From assembly GCA_963821525.1 (NCBI GenBank), contig CAWGED010000019.1:1024001-1088000 (forward strand): DNA of 64,000 bases. Direction: 5' to 3'. The stretch comes from an uncultured Gemmatimonadales bacterium (GTDB taxonomy: Bacteria > Gemmatimonadota > Gemmatimonadetes > Gemmatimonadales > GWC2-71-9). The position numbers and the translations under genes are program-made. This document shows positions 20,474-31,407 of this stretch, one piece after another; the first letter of the stretch is position 1, and each line of letters begins with the position of its first letter. The notes below the pieces were generated by a model that worked only from the letters and a program-made list of their open reading frames with translations, had not been told where the DNA came from and ran no database searches.

Positions 20474-20537
20474 TTCAATCGTCCATTTGAAATCATCAAT
20501 CTTCAATCCTTCAATCCCCAATCCTCAATCTTCAATC
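20474..20537 (+). repeat. 7-nt tandem repeat, about 9 degenerate units, consensus TTCAATC
   Basis: ttcaatc gtccatt tgaaatc atcaatc ttcaatc c ttcaatc cccaatc ctcaatc ttcaatc, directly before ATG. Confidence 0.85.
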
Positions 20538-20984
20538 ATGAAGACCGCTACGTTCGAAACCAGCAAGGGCACCATCGTCGCGGAGCTGTTTCCCGAGGAG
20601 ACGCCCAAGACAGTTGAGAATTTCGAGAAACTGGCCAACGAGAAGTTTTATGACGGCACCCGCTTTCACCGGGTGATCTCGAATTTCATGATCCAGGGCG
20701 GCGATCCCTTGTCCAAAGATCCCAACAATCCCCGGGCGGGAACCGGGGGGCCGGGCTATACCATCAAGTGCGAGACCAACCGGAACACCCATAAGCATGT
20801 GGCCGGGACACTTTCCATGGCGCACGCGGGTAAGGACACGGGCGGGAGCCAGTTCTTCATCTGCCACTCACCCCAATCCCACCTTGATGGCAAGCACACG
20901 GTATTCGGGCAGGTCACGAAGGGGTTGGATGTAGTCAACCAGATTCGGCAGGGAGACGTAGTGACCTCGATCCGGGTTTCCTGA
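20538..20984 (+). CDS. Cyclophilin-type peptidyl-prolyl isomerase
   Basis: [33 protein letters not shown] and [10 protein letters not shown]. Confidence 0.96.
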   Translation: MKTATFETSKGTIVAELFPEETPKTVENFEKLANEKFYDGTRFHRVISNFMIQGGDPLSKDPNNPRAGTGGPGYTIKCETNRNTHKHVAGTLSMAHAGKDTGGSQFFICHSPQSHLDGKHTVFGQVTKGLDVVNQIRQGDVVTSIRVS

Positions 20985-20987
20985 CTC

Positions 20988-21392
20988 CTGCAGCTCGATT
21001 TCGCGGTACTCGCCGATTACGCCCTGATCGACCAGCAGGGGAAACTCTCCGTGCTCGGTCTGTTTCAGCATGTGTGGGTGCCGCAGTTTCCTGCCGTCCA
21101 CCCTCGTACTCACCTGGTGCTCCGGGTTCACGGCAGGAGGACGGAGATTGGCCAACACTCGCTGCGGATCCGGTTCGTGGATGACGCGGGGACCGAACTC
21201 CTCGATGGCCAGGGAACTGTGCAGTTCGGTGAACCACCCGCGGGGGTGACGGATGTTGAGGCTGGCGCCGTGCTGGTCTTCGATATTCCGCTGCCTCACC
21301 CTGGGGGATACGCCTTCGAGATCAGCATGGATGCGGGCGAGGCCTACCGCGTCCCGCTGACCGTGTCTCAATTGCAGACGGGAGGTTCATGA
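20988..21392 (+). CDS. DUF6941-like hypothetical protein; probable CTG start
   Basis: Frame is open from CTG 20988 and reads LQLDFAVLADYALIDQQGKLSVLGLF. Confidence 0.7.
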   Translation: MQLDFAVLADYALIDQQGKLSVLGLFQHVWVPQFPAVHPRTHLVLRVHGRRTEIGQHSLRIRFVDDAGTELLDGQGTVQFGEPPAGVTDVEAGAVLVFDIPLPHPGGYAFEISMDAGEAYRVPLTVSQLQTGGS

Positions 21393-21423
21393 AGATTCAC
21401 CGATAGTCTCCTCGGATTTCGCT

Positions 21424-21452
21424 TTGACAAGCCTTTCGTCATTCTGTAGACT
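21424..21452 (+). promoter_or_regulatory. Sigma70 promoter upstream of the FadL-like gene
   Basis: TTGACA-N17-TAGACT. Confidence 0.7.
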
Positions 21453-21513
21453 CACCTCGACATCGCTCGATTCCCTCGGCACCAGAGTCCCGTCCCCTCT
21501 TCGAGGTATCTCT

Positions 21514-22899
21514 ATGCGACGGTCGCACGTTTGGCTCGCTGCCGGAGGTCTGGCCGCTGCGCTTGCCGCGCCACGTCCGCTGCTGGCTCAAGGGTTCAGC
21601 GTGAACGAACATTCGACCTGCGCGATGGGTCGCGCGGGCACCGGGGCCGCCATGCCCTGCCCGGACGGCTCCGCCATGGCGTTCAACCCCGCGGGTCTCG
21701 CGAGTCTCAAAAAGGGCGACGGGGTGGTGACAGCCAATGCGACGCTGATCTCGGCGCGCGGCAGCTTCACCAATGCGGCCACCGGATTCAAGGATGATCT
21801 TAAAGACAACAACTACCTGGTTCCCGCGGCGTACGTCGGCTATGGCATCACGGATAACATCGCAGCAGGAGTAGGACTCTTCGCGCCATACGGCCTGACC
21901 ACCGAGTGGGACCCCACGTCCCAGGCACGGTTTCTAGGCTACAAGAGCCACATCGCCGCGATCTACGTCCAGCCCACTTTGGCCGCCAAGCTCGGCGAGT
22001 ATGTGAAGGTCGGGTTCGGCTTCGATATCAACTTCTTCTCGGTCGAGCTCCGCCAGCACGTCGACCTTGCCGAAGTCGGCTTGCCCGCGAGTGCGGGCGC
22101 TCCTCCTGGCACGACCTTCGGTAACATCGGCTTTCTTTCCGGAACGGACGTCGCGAACACCAAGCTCGACGGAAACGCAACGGGAGTCGGGTACCATGCC
22201 GGTGTGATTCTTCAGGCCACCGACAAGCTGTCGTTCGGGGTCCGGTATTTGTCCCGGCAGAAGGTTGAGATCGATGCCGGGAACGCGGAGTTCAGCCAGA
22301 TCAATACCGGTATCCTGCTGCCCAACGCCAACCCACTGGGTCTGCCCGCAGGCACCCCGCTGGATGCGGTCCTGGCCCCGCAGTTCCAGCCGGGCGGCGC
22401 TCTGGTGAACCAGGGTGTAAGTACGGCGGTACGTCTCCCGGAGCAGTGGTCGGTTGGCCTGGCCTACCAGGCGACACCTACGCTCGTTCTGCTCTTCGAT
22501 TACAACCGGCAGAACTGGGAGGTGTTCCAGTCGCTGCCGTTCGACTTCGAGATCGCGCCCGACCAGTCCCTGCCGCAGAATTTCCAATCGACCGACACCT
22601 TCCGGTTCGGTGCCGACTATCGGCTCGGGACTTCCTCGAACATCCGGATCGGCTATCTCAGTCACAATGCGGCCGCACCGGACCAGACCGTGACACCGAA
22701 CCTTCCTGAAGCCTCACGTTCGGAATTTACCGCCGGGTTCGGGACCGCGTTCGCCAAGAATTTCCATCTCGACCTGGCTTACCAGTACATCGATCAGGCC
22801 GACCGCGCAGGCCGCAGCACGCCGGCCGGCACACCGAACAACGGGCTCTATGAGTTCTACGCCCATCTGTTCGGGGCGTCCCTTTCCTACGCCTTCTAA
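21514..22899 (+). CDS. FadL/OmpP1 family outer-membrane transporter
   Basis: Signal peptide, GFSVNE, NPAGL hatch motif, APYGL, LP motif and terminal YAF. Confidence 0.9.
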   Translation: MRRSHVWLAAGGLAAALAAPRPLLAQGFSVNEHSTCAMGRAGTGAAMPCPDGSAMAFNPAGLASLKKGDGVVTANATLISARGSFTNAATGFKDDLKDNNYLVPAAYVGYGITDNIAAGVGLFAPYGLTTEWDPTSQARFLGYKSHIAAIYVQPTLAAKLGEYVKVGFGFDINFFSVELRQHVDLAEVGLPASAGAPPGTTFGNIGFLSGTDVANTKLDGNATGVGYHAGVILQATDKLSFGVRYLSRQKVEIDAGNAEFSQINTGILLPNANPLGLPAGTPLDAVLAPQFQPGGALVNQGVSTAVRLPEQWSVGLAYQATPTLVLLFDYNRQNWEVFQSLPFDFEIAPDQSLPQNFQSTDTFRFGADYRLGTSSNIRIGYLSHNAAAPDQTVTPNLPEASRSEFTAGFGTAFAKNFHLDLAYQYIDQADRAGRSTPAGTPNNGLYEFYAHLFGASLSYAF

Positions 22900-22914
22900 C
22901 CCGGGAGCCGAGCC

Positions 22915-24165
22915 ATGAGACTGCATCACGTAGCCGCCTCGCTGCTCCTGGCCCTGCCGATAGCGGCGGGGTGCAAGAGCGACGACACCCTGAACTCGCC
23001 GAACGTGATCGACCCGATGTTTCGCCGGTATGCAGCGCTCGGCAACAGCATCACCGCCGGGTTCCAGTCCGCCGGCATCAATGACAGCACCCAGAGGCGG
23101 GCCTACCCCGCCCTGCTCGCTGCGGCGATGGGCACCAGCTACACATATCCCTCGCTCAACATGCCGGGGTGCCCGCCACCGCTCACCAACAACGTCATCC
23201 TGACCCGAGTCGGAGGCGGCACGCCGAGTACCTGCGCTCTCAAGCCGATCAAGTTCGAGCTGCTGAACAACCTGGCGGTACCAGGCAACCAGGTGATCAC
23301 GCTGTTGAACAATTTCAGCGGCTCACCCTCGCAGTTCGACCCACTCAAGACCATCATGCTGGGCGGAAGGACCGAGGTGGAGTTGATGATGCAGCTGCAG
23401 CCCACCTTCGTGACGGTATGGGCAGGCTCCAACGACGTGCTTGGAGCCCTGATCGATGCGACCAACCCCGGCGACCCGGCACAGGTGACGCCGGCGGCGC
23501 TTTTCGTCGCTCAATACGACTCGCTGGTTGACTCGCTCCGCGCCACGGGGGCTAACGTGGTCCTCATAGGAGTTCCCGACGTCACCGCCATCCCGTTCGC
23601 CTCACTCGGCGCGATCTGGTACTGTCTCAAGAATGGCGGGTGCTCAGCACCTCTCCCACCGCAGGATCCGACGTTGGCACAGATCCCGACATTTTCGGTG
23701 GCCGCAACCTGTGCACCACCTGGAGGCGTGCAAACCCTCGTCCCGTGGACCAAGTCAGTGCCCAAGCTGGGCGCGGCCCTCCAAGGGGTTCCCTCGACCA
23801 TCGACTGCTCGGTGGACAACGAGACGATTCTTCCTGCCGAATTGCAAGGAATGGTGCAGGCCGTCGCCGGATATAACCAGCACATTCAGCAGGTGGCGCA
23901 GACCGAGGGCTGGGGGTTCTTCGACATCGATACCGCGCTCAAGAACCTCGTTGGCACGGCGGTTCCCCAGTTTCCCGACCTGACCCAGGTGCCGACTGGT
24001 GGCTCGGTGGGGTTTGGGCCGCTGTTCTCCCTCGACGGCGTTCACCCGAGCTCGGTAGCTCAGCGCGTCTTCGCCGACTCGATCGCGGAGATTACCAACC
24101 GGACCTACGGCACCACCCTCCCGGTGCCGGTGTGTAGTGCTACGGTCGCCTGCCCGGCTCCCTGA
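22915..24165 (+). CDS. SGNH/GDSL hydrolase lipoprotein
   Basis: Lipobox IAAGC, ALGNSITAG, GSNDVL and DGVHP. Confidence 0.88.
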   Translation: MRLHHVAASLLLALPIAAGCKSDDTLNSPNVIDPMFRRYAALGNSITAGFQSAGINDSTQRRAYPALLAAAMGTSYTYPSLNMPGCPPPLTNNVILTRVGGGTPSTCALKPIKFELLNNLAVPGNQVITLLNNFSGSPSQFDPLKTIMLGGRTEVELMMQLQPTFVTVWAGSNDVLGALIDATNPGDPAQVTPAALFVAQYDSLVDSLRATGANVVLIGVPDVTAIPFASLGAIWYCLKNGGCSAPLPPQDPTLAQIPTFSVAATCAPPGGVQTLVPWTKSVPKLGAALQGVPSTIDCSVDNETILPAELQGMVQAVAGYNQHIQQVAQTEGWGFFDIDTALKNLVGTAVPQFPDLTQVPTGGSVGFGPLFSLDGVHPSSVAQRVFADSIAEITNRTYGTTLPVPVCSATVACPAP

Positions 24166-24206
24166 TCGCAGGTCGAGGCCGATAGCGTCCCCGTCGCAAG
24201 TAACAC

Positions 24207-24246
24207 CGACCCTCTGGCGGACTCCGCCGGAGGGTCGTTCGTTATT
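24207..24246 (+). terminator. Intrinsic terminator
   Basis: cgaccctctggcgg-act-ccgccggagggtcg followed by ttcgttatt. Confidence 0.7.
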
Positions 24247-24302
24247 GGGGACCCGATGGCCGGGCCAGACTACTTTTCGATTCCTTTAACCCTCACCGGA
24301 AC

Positions 24303-24881
24303 ATGAACTGGACCCGGGATCGAGCCCTCGCGTTGATGCAGGAGTACACGGCCTCCGAACCGCTCCGCAAACACATGTATGCGGTCGAAGCGGCGATGCG
24401 GGCCATGGCCGTCAAGTACGGAGGGGACCCGGACGAGTGGGGACTGGTGGGGTTGCTGCACGACTTCGACTACGAGCGATTCCCCAATGCTGCTCACTCG
24501 GCGAGCGAGGAGCATCCCAGCGAAGGAGTGCGGATTCTGGCGGCCCAGGGATTCCCCGAAGACCTGCAGCGGGCCATTCTCTCCCACGCCAACTACACCG
24601 GGGTCCCGCGTGATACACCGATTGCGCGGGGCCTGTTCGCCGTGGACGAACTCTGCGGATTCCTGGTGGCTTGCGCGCTGGTTCGCCCATCGAAGAGCCT
24701 CGCGGACCTGGAGGTCTCGAGCGTGAAGAAGAAGCTCAAGGACAAGGCCTTCGCCCGGGGAGTGAACCGGGATGATGTGACTCAGGGAGCAGCCGAACTC
24801 GGCGTGCCGCTGGACGAGCACATTCAGTTCGTGCTGGAGGCGCTGCGGCCGGTGGATGGTTCACTGGGACTCAAAGGGTGA
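24303..24881 (+). CDS. HD-domain (HDIG) hydrolase
   Basis: LRKH, GLLHDFDYE, EHP, SHA, VDEL, ALVRP and KKLKDKAFARGVNR. Confidence 0.9.
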   Translation: MNWTRDRALALMQEYTASEPLRKHMYAVEAAMRAMAVKYGGDPDEWGLVGLLHDFDYERFPNAAHSASEEHPSEGVRILAAQGFPEDLQRAILSHANYTGVPRDTPIARGLFAVDELCGFLVACALVRPSKSLADLEVSSVKKKLKDKAFARGVNRDDVTQGAAELGVPLDEHIQFVLEALRPVDGSLGLKG

Positions 24882-26287
24882 GCGAAGCCGCTCTGCGGTC
24901 CGAACCCGGATTGGGCCGGCGTCCGGTCGAGCGGGCATTCGATCGATCGTCCGGTGGCCCGCCAATCCCGGGAAACCGGGTTACGCTCCTGCAGGACGGT
25001 ACCGAGGTCTACCCGGCGATGCTGCGGCTCATCGCCGAGGCGCAGCACTGGATTCATTTCGAGAACTACATCATTCGGGCAGATAATATCGGCCAAAAAT
25101 TTGCCGCAGCCCTCTCCGCGCGGGCCCGCGAGGGCATCGCGGTTCGGCTGATTTACGATTGGCTCGGCTCGATCGGAACACCGCGACGCTACTGGAAGCA
25201 GCTGCGCGATGCCGGGGTGGAAATTCGCTGCTTCAATCCACCGAACCTGATCCGCCTGCTGAAAAACGTCTCGCGGAACCATCGCAAGATGGTGGTCATC
25301 GACGGCCAGCGCGCGATCGTGGGTGGCCTGTGCATCGGCGACGAGTGGACAGGAGATCCGGAGAATGGACTCCTCCCGTGGCGCGATACCGCGGTCGAGA
25401 TCGCAGGTCCGGCGGCCTCGATGATCGACGCGTCCTTCGCGCGAGTCTGGTTGACCATGGGTCCGCCGATTCCCGACGATCAGCGCTCAGCGGAGGTCCC
25501 GGAGTTCGGGGATGCCCGGGTTCGGGTTGTGGCGGGCGAGCCGGGACGCGAACGAGCCTACCGAGTCCTGGAGTATCTCGCCGCAGGATGCGGCAGCCGG
25601 CTTTGGATTACCGACGCCTACCTGGTGCCGCCCCCTCGACTGTTCACCGTCCTGGTCGAGGCCGCGCGAGAAGGCGCCGACATCAGGCTGCTGGTGCCGG
25701 GCACCAGCGACGTGCCGTTTGTGCGCAACCTGACCCGGATTGGTTACCGCGACCTCCTGCGAGCAGGGATCCGGATTGCCGAGTGGGAGGGGCCCATGCT
25801 TCACGCAAAGACCGCGGTGGTGGATGGGACCTGGTGCCGGGTGGGTTCAAGCAATCTCAATGCGTCGAGCCTGCTGGGTAATTACGAGCTGGATGTGATC
25901 ATCAATGATGCGGAGCTTGCCGCTACCATGGAGACGCAGTTCCGGAAGGATCTCGCCTCGAGTGTCGAGGTCGAACGACGCCAGCTTCCCGGTTCGGCGC
26001 GACTAGGCCGGCTGGCACCGTCCCGCCTGACCCGTCAGACAACCGGAGAACGACGGTTGGTCCCCCATAGGACCCGACGGAATCTCCGTGGACGCACTGC
26101 GATCGCTGCTCGCACCGTGATCAGTGGAGCGTGGCGATCCTTTCTGGGCCCACTCAGCCTCGGTCTCGTGGTGACGGCTCTGTTGTTCTTTGGACTGCCT
26201 CGTGCGATGGCCTACTTCGTCGGCGGGCTTTGTGTCTGGGTTGGCATCGCGGCGGGCCTCGAGGCTTGGAAGCGTCGCAAGGATTAG
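24878..26287 (+). CDS. Cardiolipin synthase-like phospholipase D
   Basis: Two HKD motifs: HRKMVVID and HAKTAVVD. Confidence 0.9.
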   Translation: MSEAALRSEPGLGRRPVERAFDRSSGGPPIPGNRVTLLQDGTEVYPAMLRLIAEAQHWIHFENYIIRADNIGQKFAAALSARAREGIAVRLIYDWLGSIGTPRRYWKQLRDAGVEIRCFNPPNLIRLLKNVSRNHRKMVVIDGQRAIVGGLCIGDEWTGDPENGLLPWRDTAVEIAGPAASMIDASFARVWLTMGPPIPDDQRSAEVPEFGDARVRVVAGEPGRERAYRVLEYLAAGCGSRLWITDAYLVPPPRLFTVLVEAAREGADIRLLVPGTSDVPFVRNLTRIGYRDLLRAGIRIAEWEGPMLHAKTAVVDGTWCRVGSSNLNASSLLGNYELDVIINDAELAATMETQFRKDLASSVEVERRQLPGSARLGRLAPSRLTRQTTGERRLVPHRTRRNLRGRTAIAARTVISGAWRSFLGPLSLGLVVTALLFFGLPRAMAYFVGGLCVWVGIAAGLEAWKRRKD

Positions 26288-26547
26288 GCGTTTGCACGGT
26301 CGGGACCCCGCAGTCGCCTTCCCGCCAGCTCAAGCATCTTCCTCGTATGCCGAGCGTTCGCAGCTTGTCATTCCCTTCCCAATCCCGGATACTCCGACAC
26401 CGATCCCGTTGCCCGGCAAGGAGTTTCCCATCCAGCCGACCCGTCCTCGATGCTTCATCAATCAAGTAACCGGGGGGACCGGGGTGCGGAACTCAACATC
26501 GGAGTCGTCCGCTGCGTAGTCCTGAGATAACCGACGCCGCCCTGGCC

Positions 26548-27069
26548 GTGGCCGCCCAGAAGGGTGACCGTGAGGCGTTCGGTGAGCTGGTCCGGCGCTA
26601 CGGGCCGGCGGCACGACGGGTGGCGCGGGCTGTCCTTCACCACCCCGAGGACGCCGACGACGCCGCACAGGATGGCTTTTTCTCGGCGTGGCGGAACATC
26701 AACCGGTACGATCCGGGGCGGCAATTCGGTCCCTGGGTCCTCAGAATCGTGGTTAATGCGGCCCATGACCTTCGTCGCCGCAGACAGATCAGGGAAACCG
26801 ATCCGGTGAGCCCGCAACTTTCCGGAGGCGAAGCATCACCTGCGGCGCTGGTCGAGCAGGGAGAGCTGGGTGAACGCATCGACGGGGCCCTGCAGGGTTT
26901 GCCGGAACGACAACGGCTCGCCGTTGTGCTCTTCGATGCGGAAGGATTTTCCCACGGAGAGATCGCCCAAATGCTGGGAATCCCGGAGGGAACCGTACGA
27001 TCGGATGTCTTTCATGCGCGGAGAGCCTTACGCGCACAATTGGGACTAGAGCCTCGAGGTGATTCGTGA
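26548..27069 (+). CDS. ECF sigma factor (true start probably slightly upstream)
   Basis: GDREAFGELVRRY, DADDAAQD, WVLRIVVN and EIAQMLGIPEGTVRS. Confidence 0.92.
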   Translation: MAAQKGDREAFGELVRRYGPAARRVARAVLHHPEDADDAAQDGFFSAWRNINRYDPGRQFGPWVLRIVVNAAHDLRRRRQIRETDPVSPQLSGGEASPAALVEQGELGERIDGALQGLPERQRLAVVLFDAEGFSHGEIAQMLGIPEGTVRSDVFHARRALRAQLGLEPRGDS

Positions 27070-27389
27070 CCCAGAAATTCAACCTTTCCGAGCACCCGCC
27101 GGATCCCGAGATCGGGGGACTGCTTCGCACTCATCTCGAGGGGCTGGCTCCGGAACAGTTCGCCCATCGAGTCATGGCGGGACTCCCGCAGCGCTTCACG
27201 CTGGACAGCTGGGAGGTTCTCGCTCGCTGGGCCCGACCGGGTATCGCGGCAGCGGCGATCATCACGGCTGCCCTTGGGGCGTGGCTCGCGTTTCCCCGGC
27301 AAAGCGACCCGGTCGGCGAGCCCCTGCTCGAGCTGAGCACGGCGGCCGACAGCGAACTCATTCTCTCAGCCTTGATCCCCGAACCATGA
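27066..27389 (+). CDS. Putative anti-sigma membrane protein
   Basis: Overlaps the ECF stop; has a single hydrophobic helix. Confidence 0.65.
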   Translation: MTQKFNLSEHPPDPEIGGLLRTHLEGLAPEQFAHRVMAGLPQRFTLDSWEVLARWARPGIAAAAIITAALGAWLAFPRQSDPVGEPLLELSTAADSELILSALIPEP

Positions 27390-27402
27390 GAAACATCGTC
27401 CG

Positions 27403-27798
27403 ATGATTCGCAGCACCTGGAAGGCGGGCATTCTTCTTCTCGCCGCATTCGTTCTCGGCGCTGCCGTTGGCGGAGCCGTGACTGCCCGGGTTTCCCACCG
27501 GAGCTCATGGGAGGGTAAGCCCCGGGACAGGATGGAAGGCTACCTTCGGCTGCTGGGCGAGAATCTGGATCTGAGCAGCACCCAGCGCGATAGCGTTCGG
27601 GCCATCCTTGAACGCCATCGGGGAGACATGGACGCGATCTGGCAGGAAGTTGCCCCGCGCTATGAAACCATGCGCTCACAAATCCGTTCAGAGATCCGCA
27701 CTCAGCTTACTCCGGAACAACAGAAGAAGTACGCGGACCTCACGTCCCGGTTGGACCAGGAGCGGCGCGAGATGAACACCCCCGCTCCCCACCAATGA
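27403..27798 (+). CDS. Spy/CpxP/heavy-metal-sensor-like periplasmic helical protein
   Basis: N-terminal TM helix; LDLSSTQ and LTPEQ motifs. Confidence 0.7.
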   Translation: MIRSTWKAGILLLAAFVLGAAVGGAVTARVSHRSSWEGKPRDRMEGYLRLLGENLDLSSTQRDSVRAILERHRGDMDAIWQEVAPRYETMRSQIRSEIRTQLTPEQQKKYADLTSRLDQERREMNTPAPHQ

Positions 27799-29123
27799 TG
27801 CAGATGACCCGTCTTCTCCGACTGGCCTTTGAATCCGGCTTCCCCGCAGCGGCGCTGATGACCACGGTCTCGGTTGTGGCGGCGCAGCAGCCTATCGTGA
27901 CGCTCCAGGAAGCCAGGAAAATGGCCCAGGCCGTCGAGCCTACCGTGGTCGGTGCGCTGGGCGCGGTACGCAACGCGGACGCCCAGGTTCGGAGCGCCAA
28001 GGGCGCCTGGCTGCCAAGTCTCAGTGCCTCTTCGTTTGGAGGCACGACCTATCAGGAAGGTCCACCTCGAGTCAATTCGAGTACCGGGGAGCTGGTGGGC
28101 GGTAACACGTCATCCCAGAATCTCAATTTCGGGCTCAATGCGAGCTGGGACCTTTTCACGGGCTTCCGTCGAGGCGCTGATTCACGGGCGGCGCATGCGG
28201 CCCGCGATGCGGCGGACGCCGGGCTGATCGATGCGAACTACCAGGCGAGCCTCGCCGCGACGCAGCAGTTCTTCACCGCCCTGGCGGCCCAGCAGCTGGT
28301 GCGGGTGCGTGAGGCAAGCGTCCGGCGGGCGGAGGAACAGCTCAAGCTGGCAGTCGCGAAGCTCAGCGCGGGAAGCGCCACCCGTTCCGACTCGCTCAGA
28401 TCGGTGGTGACACTGGGCAACACGCAGCTGGCGCTGGTGAGCGCGCAGGCCGACGTGGCCGCCGCCCAGGCCGAACTGGCGCGGCTGATCGGCGCCGAAG
28501 GCCGGGTGACGGCAGCCGACGACAGCGCCTTCTACCAGGTCGCAAGCCAGCTTGATACCCTCGCGCTCCTGAAGGAGGCTCTCGCGGAGTCGCCCAGGGT
28601 TCAGGCCGCCGAGGCAAGCGCGCGCGCTGCCGACGCCAACCTCGCGTCCACCAAGTCGGCCTACTGGCCGACTCTCACTCTCGGGGCCTCGACCGGCTGG
28701 TCGGGGACCGAGAACCGCAATTGGGAGCTGTTCAACCAGCGGCAACTGGGCGTGGGCCTGAACTGGAATCTGTTCAACGGATTCAACCGGGAGGAATCGA
28801 TCACCATCCGGTCGAGCACGTTGGATCAGGCGGAGGCCACAGCGAGCGATACCCGCCGCCAGGTGTCTTCCGTTCTGACGGCACAATTTGCCCTGTTGGA
28901 TGCCGCCAGGCTCAAGATTGATATCGCCCAGACCAGCGTCGCGGCGGCGCAGGAAGATCTTCGGGTCGTGGAGCAGCGCTACCGCGTGGGGGCCGCCACG
29001 ATTCTCGACCTGCTCAACTCGCAGGAAGCGCTCACCCAGGCCGAGGTGGATGCGGTTGCCGCCCGGTTCGACTATCTCCGTGCCAAGGCACAGATTGAAG
29101 CACTCATCGGACGGGACCTATGA
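27795..29123 (+). CDS. TolC family outer-membrane efflux protein
   Basis: Two OEP repeats (WLPSL/YWPTL), WDLFTG and [12 protein letters not shown]. Confidence 0.92.
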   Translation: MMQMTRLLRLAFESGFPAAALMTTVSVVAAQQPIVTLQEARKMAQAVEPTVVGALGAVRNADAQVRSAKGAWLPSLSASSFGGTTYQEGPPRVNSSTGELVGGNTSSQNLNFGLNASWDLFTGFRRGADSRAAHAARDAADAGLIDANYQASLAATQQFFTALAAQQLVRVREASVRRAEEQLKLAVAKLSAGSATRSDSLRSVVTLGNTQLALVSAQADVAAAQAELARLIGAEGRVTAADDSAFYQVASQLDTLALLKEALAESPRVQAAEASARAADANLASTKSAYWPTLTLGASTGWSGTENRNWELFNQRQLGVGLNWNLFNGFNREESITIRSSTLDQAEATASDTRRQVSSVLTAQFALLDAARLKIDIAQTSVAAAQEDLRVVEQRYRVGAATILDLLNSQEALTQAEVDAVAARFDYLRAKAQIEALIGRDL

Positions 29124-29878
29124 CCTCTGCCCTGAACTCGACCGACGAACGGATGGCTGTTCTGCCCAGCGACGTCCCCCGGGACGCCATTATTGTCACC
29201 CGCAACCTGCAGCGGGAATACGACATGGGCGGTGAGATCGTGCGGGCACTGCGGGGGGTCGATATCACGATCCGCCGCAACGAATTCGTCGCGATCATGG
29301 GTCCGTCAGGCTCGGGCAAGTCCACCTTGATGAACATGATCGGTTGCCTGGACACTCCGACCCACGGCGAATACTGGCTGAACGGCCACCGGGTGTCGGA
29401 GCTGGAAGACAATGAACTGGCCCGGATCCGGAACAAGGAGATCGGGTTCGTGTTCCAGACCTTCAACCTGCTCCCACGGGCAACCGCGCTGCATAACGTG
29501 GAGCTGCCGCTGGTCTACGCCGGCGTACCGGGTAAAGAGCGGAAGGCACGAGCCGTGGATGCGCTTACCCAGGTCGGATTGGCCGACCGGATGGAGCACC
29601 GTCCCAATGAGCTGTCGGGCGGTCAGCGGCAGCGGGTGGCGATCGCGCGAGCGTTGGTAAACCAGCCCAGCATCATCCTGGCCGACGAGCCGACCGGTAA
29701 TCTGGATTCGACCACCAGCATCGAGATCCTGGCACTGTTCAACCAGCTGCACCAGCAGAACCAGACCATCGTCCTCGTGACCCACGAGCACGACATCGCG
29801 GCGCACGCGCGGCGGCAGGTGCATCTGAAGGATGGGATGGTGGAGCAGGACTTCGCGACCAAGGCCAAAGCCGAATGA
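29120..29878 (+). CDS. ABC transporter ATP-binding protein (MacB/LolD type)
   Basis: [30 protein letters not shown] and VTHE. Confidence 0.96.
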   Translation: MTSALNSTDERMAVLPSDVPRDAIIVTRNLQREYDMGGEIVRALRGVDITIRRNEFVAIMGPSGSGKSTLMNMIGCLDTPTHGEYWLNGHRVSELEDNELARIRNKEIGFVFQTFNLLPRATALHNVELPLVYAGVPGKERKARAVDALTQVGLADRMEHRPNELSGGQRQRVAIARALVNQPSIILADEPTGNLDSTTSIEILALFNQLHQQNQTIVLVTHEHDIAAHARRQVHLKDGMVEQDFATKAKAE

Positions 29879-31404
29879 CCGCTGACACGTGGGATTCCAT
29901 GCTGATGCGTAAGACCCTTCTGACTTTTCTGACGCTGGCAGTGGCTTGCAAGGAACCGCCGCCGCCGCCGCCGCCTGCATACCTGGCCGTTCCGGTGGAG
30001 CGCCGTGACATCGTGGTTTCGGCCCGCGCCAATGGGGCCATCCAGCCCGACACGACCGTCGAGGTCAAGTCCAAGGCCTCGGGTGAGATCCTGGAGATGC
30101 TGGTGGAGACCGGAGCACAGGCGAAGCGCGGCCAGCTCATGGTAACGATCGATCCTCGCCAGCCGCGGAACGACCTCGCTCAGGCGGACGCCAACCTCGA
30201 AGTGGCGAAAGCCAAACTGGCCAACGCCACTGCGCAGAAGCACCGGGCCGACGAGCTATTCAGCTCCCAGGCCCTGACCGAAACCGAGCACGATCAGGCG
30301 ATGCTGGACTACGCCAATGCGAAGGCGGAGGTGGTGACCGCCCAGGTACAAGTCGAAAACGCGAAGATCCAGCTCGAGGACACCGACGTTCGGGCCCCTA
30401 TTTCCGGCACCATCATCGAGAAGGACGTCGAGCGGGGTCAGGTGATCTCGTCGCCTACGAAGGACGTGGGCGGGGGGACGGTGCTGCTCAAGATGGCCGA
30501 TCTCAATCTGGTCCAGGTGAAGACTTTGGTGGACGAGACCGACATCGGAAAAATCCAGTCGGGTCTCCGGGCTTCAATTACGGTTGACGCCTACCCCAAT
30601 CATCAGTTCGATGGGACGGTGCTCAAGATCGAGCCGCAGGCGACGATCGTACAGAACGTCACCATGTTCCCGGTGCTGGTGCGAATCGACAATCGAGAGG
30701 GTCTGCTACGGCCCGGAATGAATACCGAGGTGGAGATCCATGTCGGCCGTCGAGACAGCGTGCTCGCGATTCCCAACGCGGCGCTCCGCACTCAGCGTGA
30801 CGTCGGCTCTGCCGCCCAGGTACTCGGCCTCTCGATGTCCGACGTGCAGGCCCAGCTTGCCAAAGGGAGTGCGAGCGGCGGAGAACAACCGCAGACCACC
30901 GCGAGCCAGGGTGGCGGCGGGACCAATCCCAAGGGCGCCAATACCCTGACCCTGCCGGATGGACGTAGCGTCGTGCTGCCCGCCGGTGTCACCGAGGAGC
31001 AGGTCAAGGCCATTTTCCAGAAGCGGATGAGCGGGCAGGAACCGACTGCGGAGGAACGGGCATTGCTTCGGCGGGTGTTTGCCGGGATGGGCGGCGGTCA
31101 GAGCGGGGGAAGCCGGAACCAGCCAGACACCCGGTTCGGGGGACGCTACATCGTGTTCGCTCGTCGGGGCGGAACCATCGTGCCGCTCAATATCAAAACT
31201 GGTCTCACGGACCTGGACTACACCGAGGTGGTCTCCGGCTTGAATCCTGAAGACTCGGTTCTCGTGCTGCCCAGCGCGAGCCTGGTTCAGTCCCAGCAGG
31301 AGTTCAAGGAACGGGTGACCCGGGTGACGGGCAGCGGATTGCCGGGACTGCAGTCGCCGCAACAGGGGACTTCCAAGGCCCCGACGACCACAACAAGGCC
31401 CTGA
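29875..31404 (+). CDS. Efflux periplasmic adaptor (MacA-like)
   Basis: Lipobox LAVAC, VKSKASG, VRAPISG, VDETDIG and LRPGM. Confidence 0.9.
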   Translation: MTADTWDSMLMRKTLLTFLTLAVACKEPPPPPPPAYLAVPVERRDIVVSARANGAIQPDTTVEVKSKASGEILEMLVETGAQAKRGQLMVTIDPRQPRNDLAQADANLEVAKAKLANATAQKHRADELFSSQALTETEHDQAMLDYANAKAEVVTAQVQVENAKIQLEDTDVRAPISGTIIEKDVERGQVISSPTKDVGGGTVLLKMADLNLVQVKTLVDETDIGKIQSGLRASITVDAYPNHQFDGTVLKIEPQATIVQNVTMFPVLVRIDNREGLLRPGMNTEVEIHVGRRDSVLAIPNAALRTQRDVGSAAQVLGLSMSDVQAQLAKGSASGGEQPQTTASQGGGGTNPKGANTLTLPDGRSVVLPAGVTEEQVKAIFQKRMSGQEPTAEERALLRRVFAGMGGGQSGGSRNQPDTRFGGRYIVFARRGGTIVPLNIKTGLTDLDYTEVVSGLNPEDSVLVLPSASLVQSQQEFKERVTRVTGSGLPGLQSPQQGTSKAPTTTTRP

Positions 31405-31407
31405 CGC

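Noticed and set aside
29956..29976. CCG microsatellite
   Set aside because: It is an ordinary poly-Pro linker after the lipobox of the adaptor protein.
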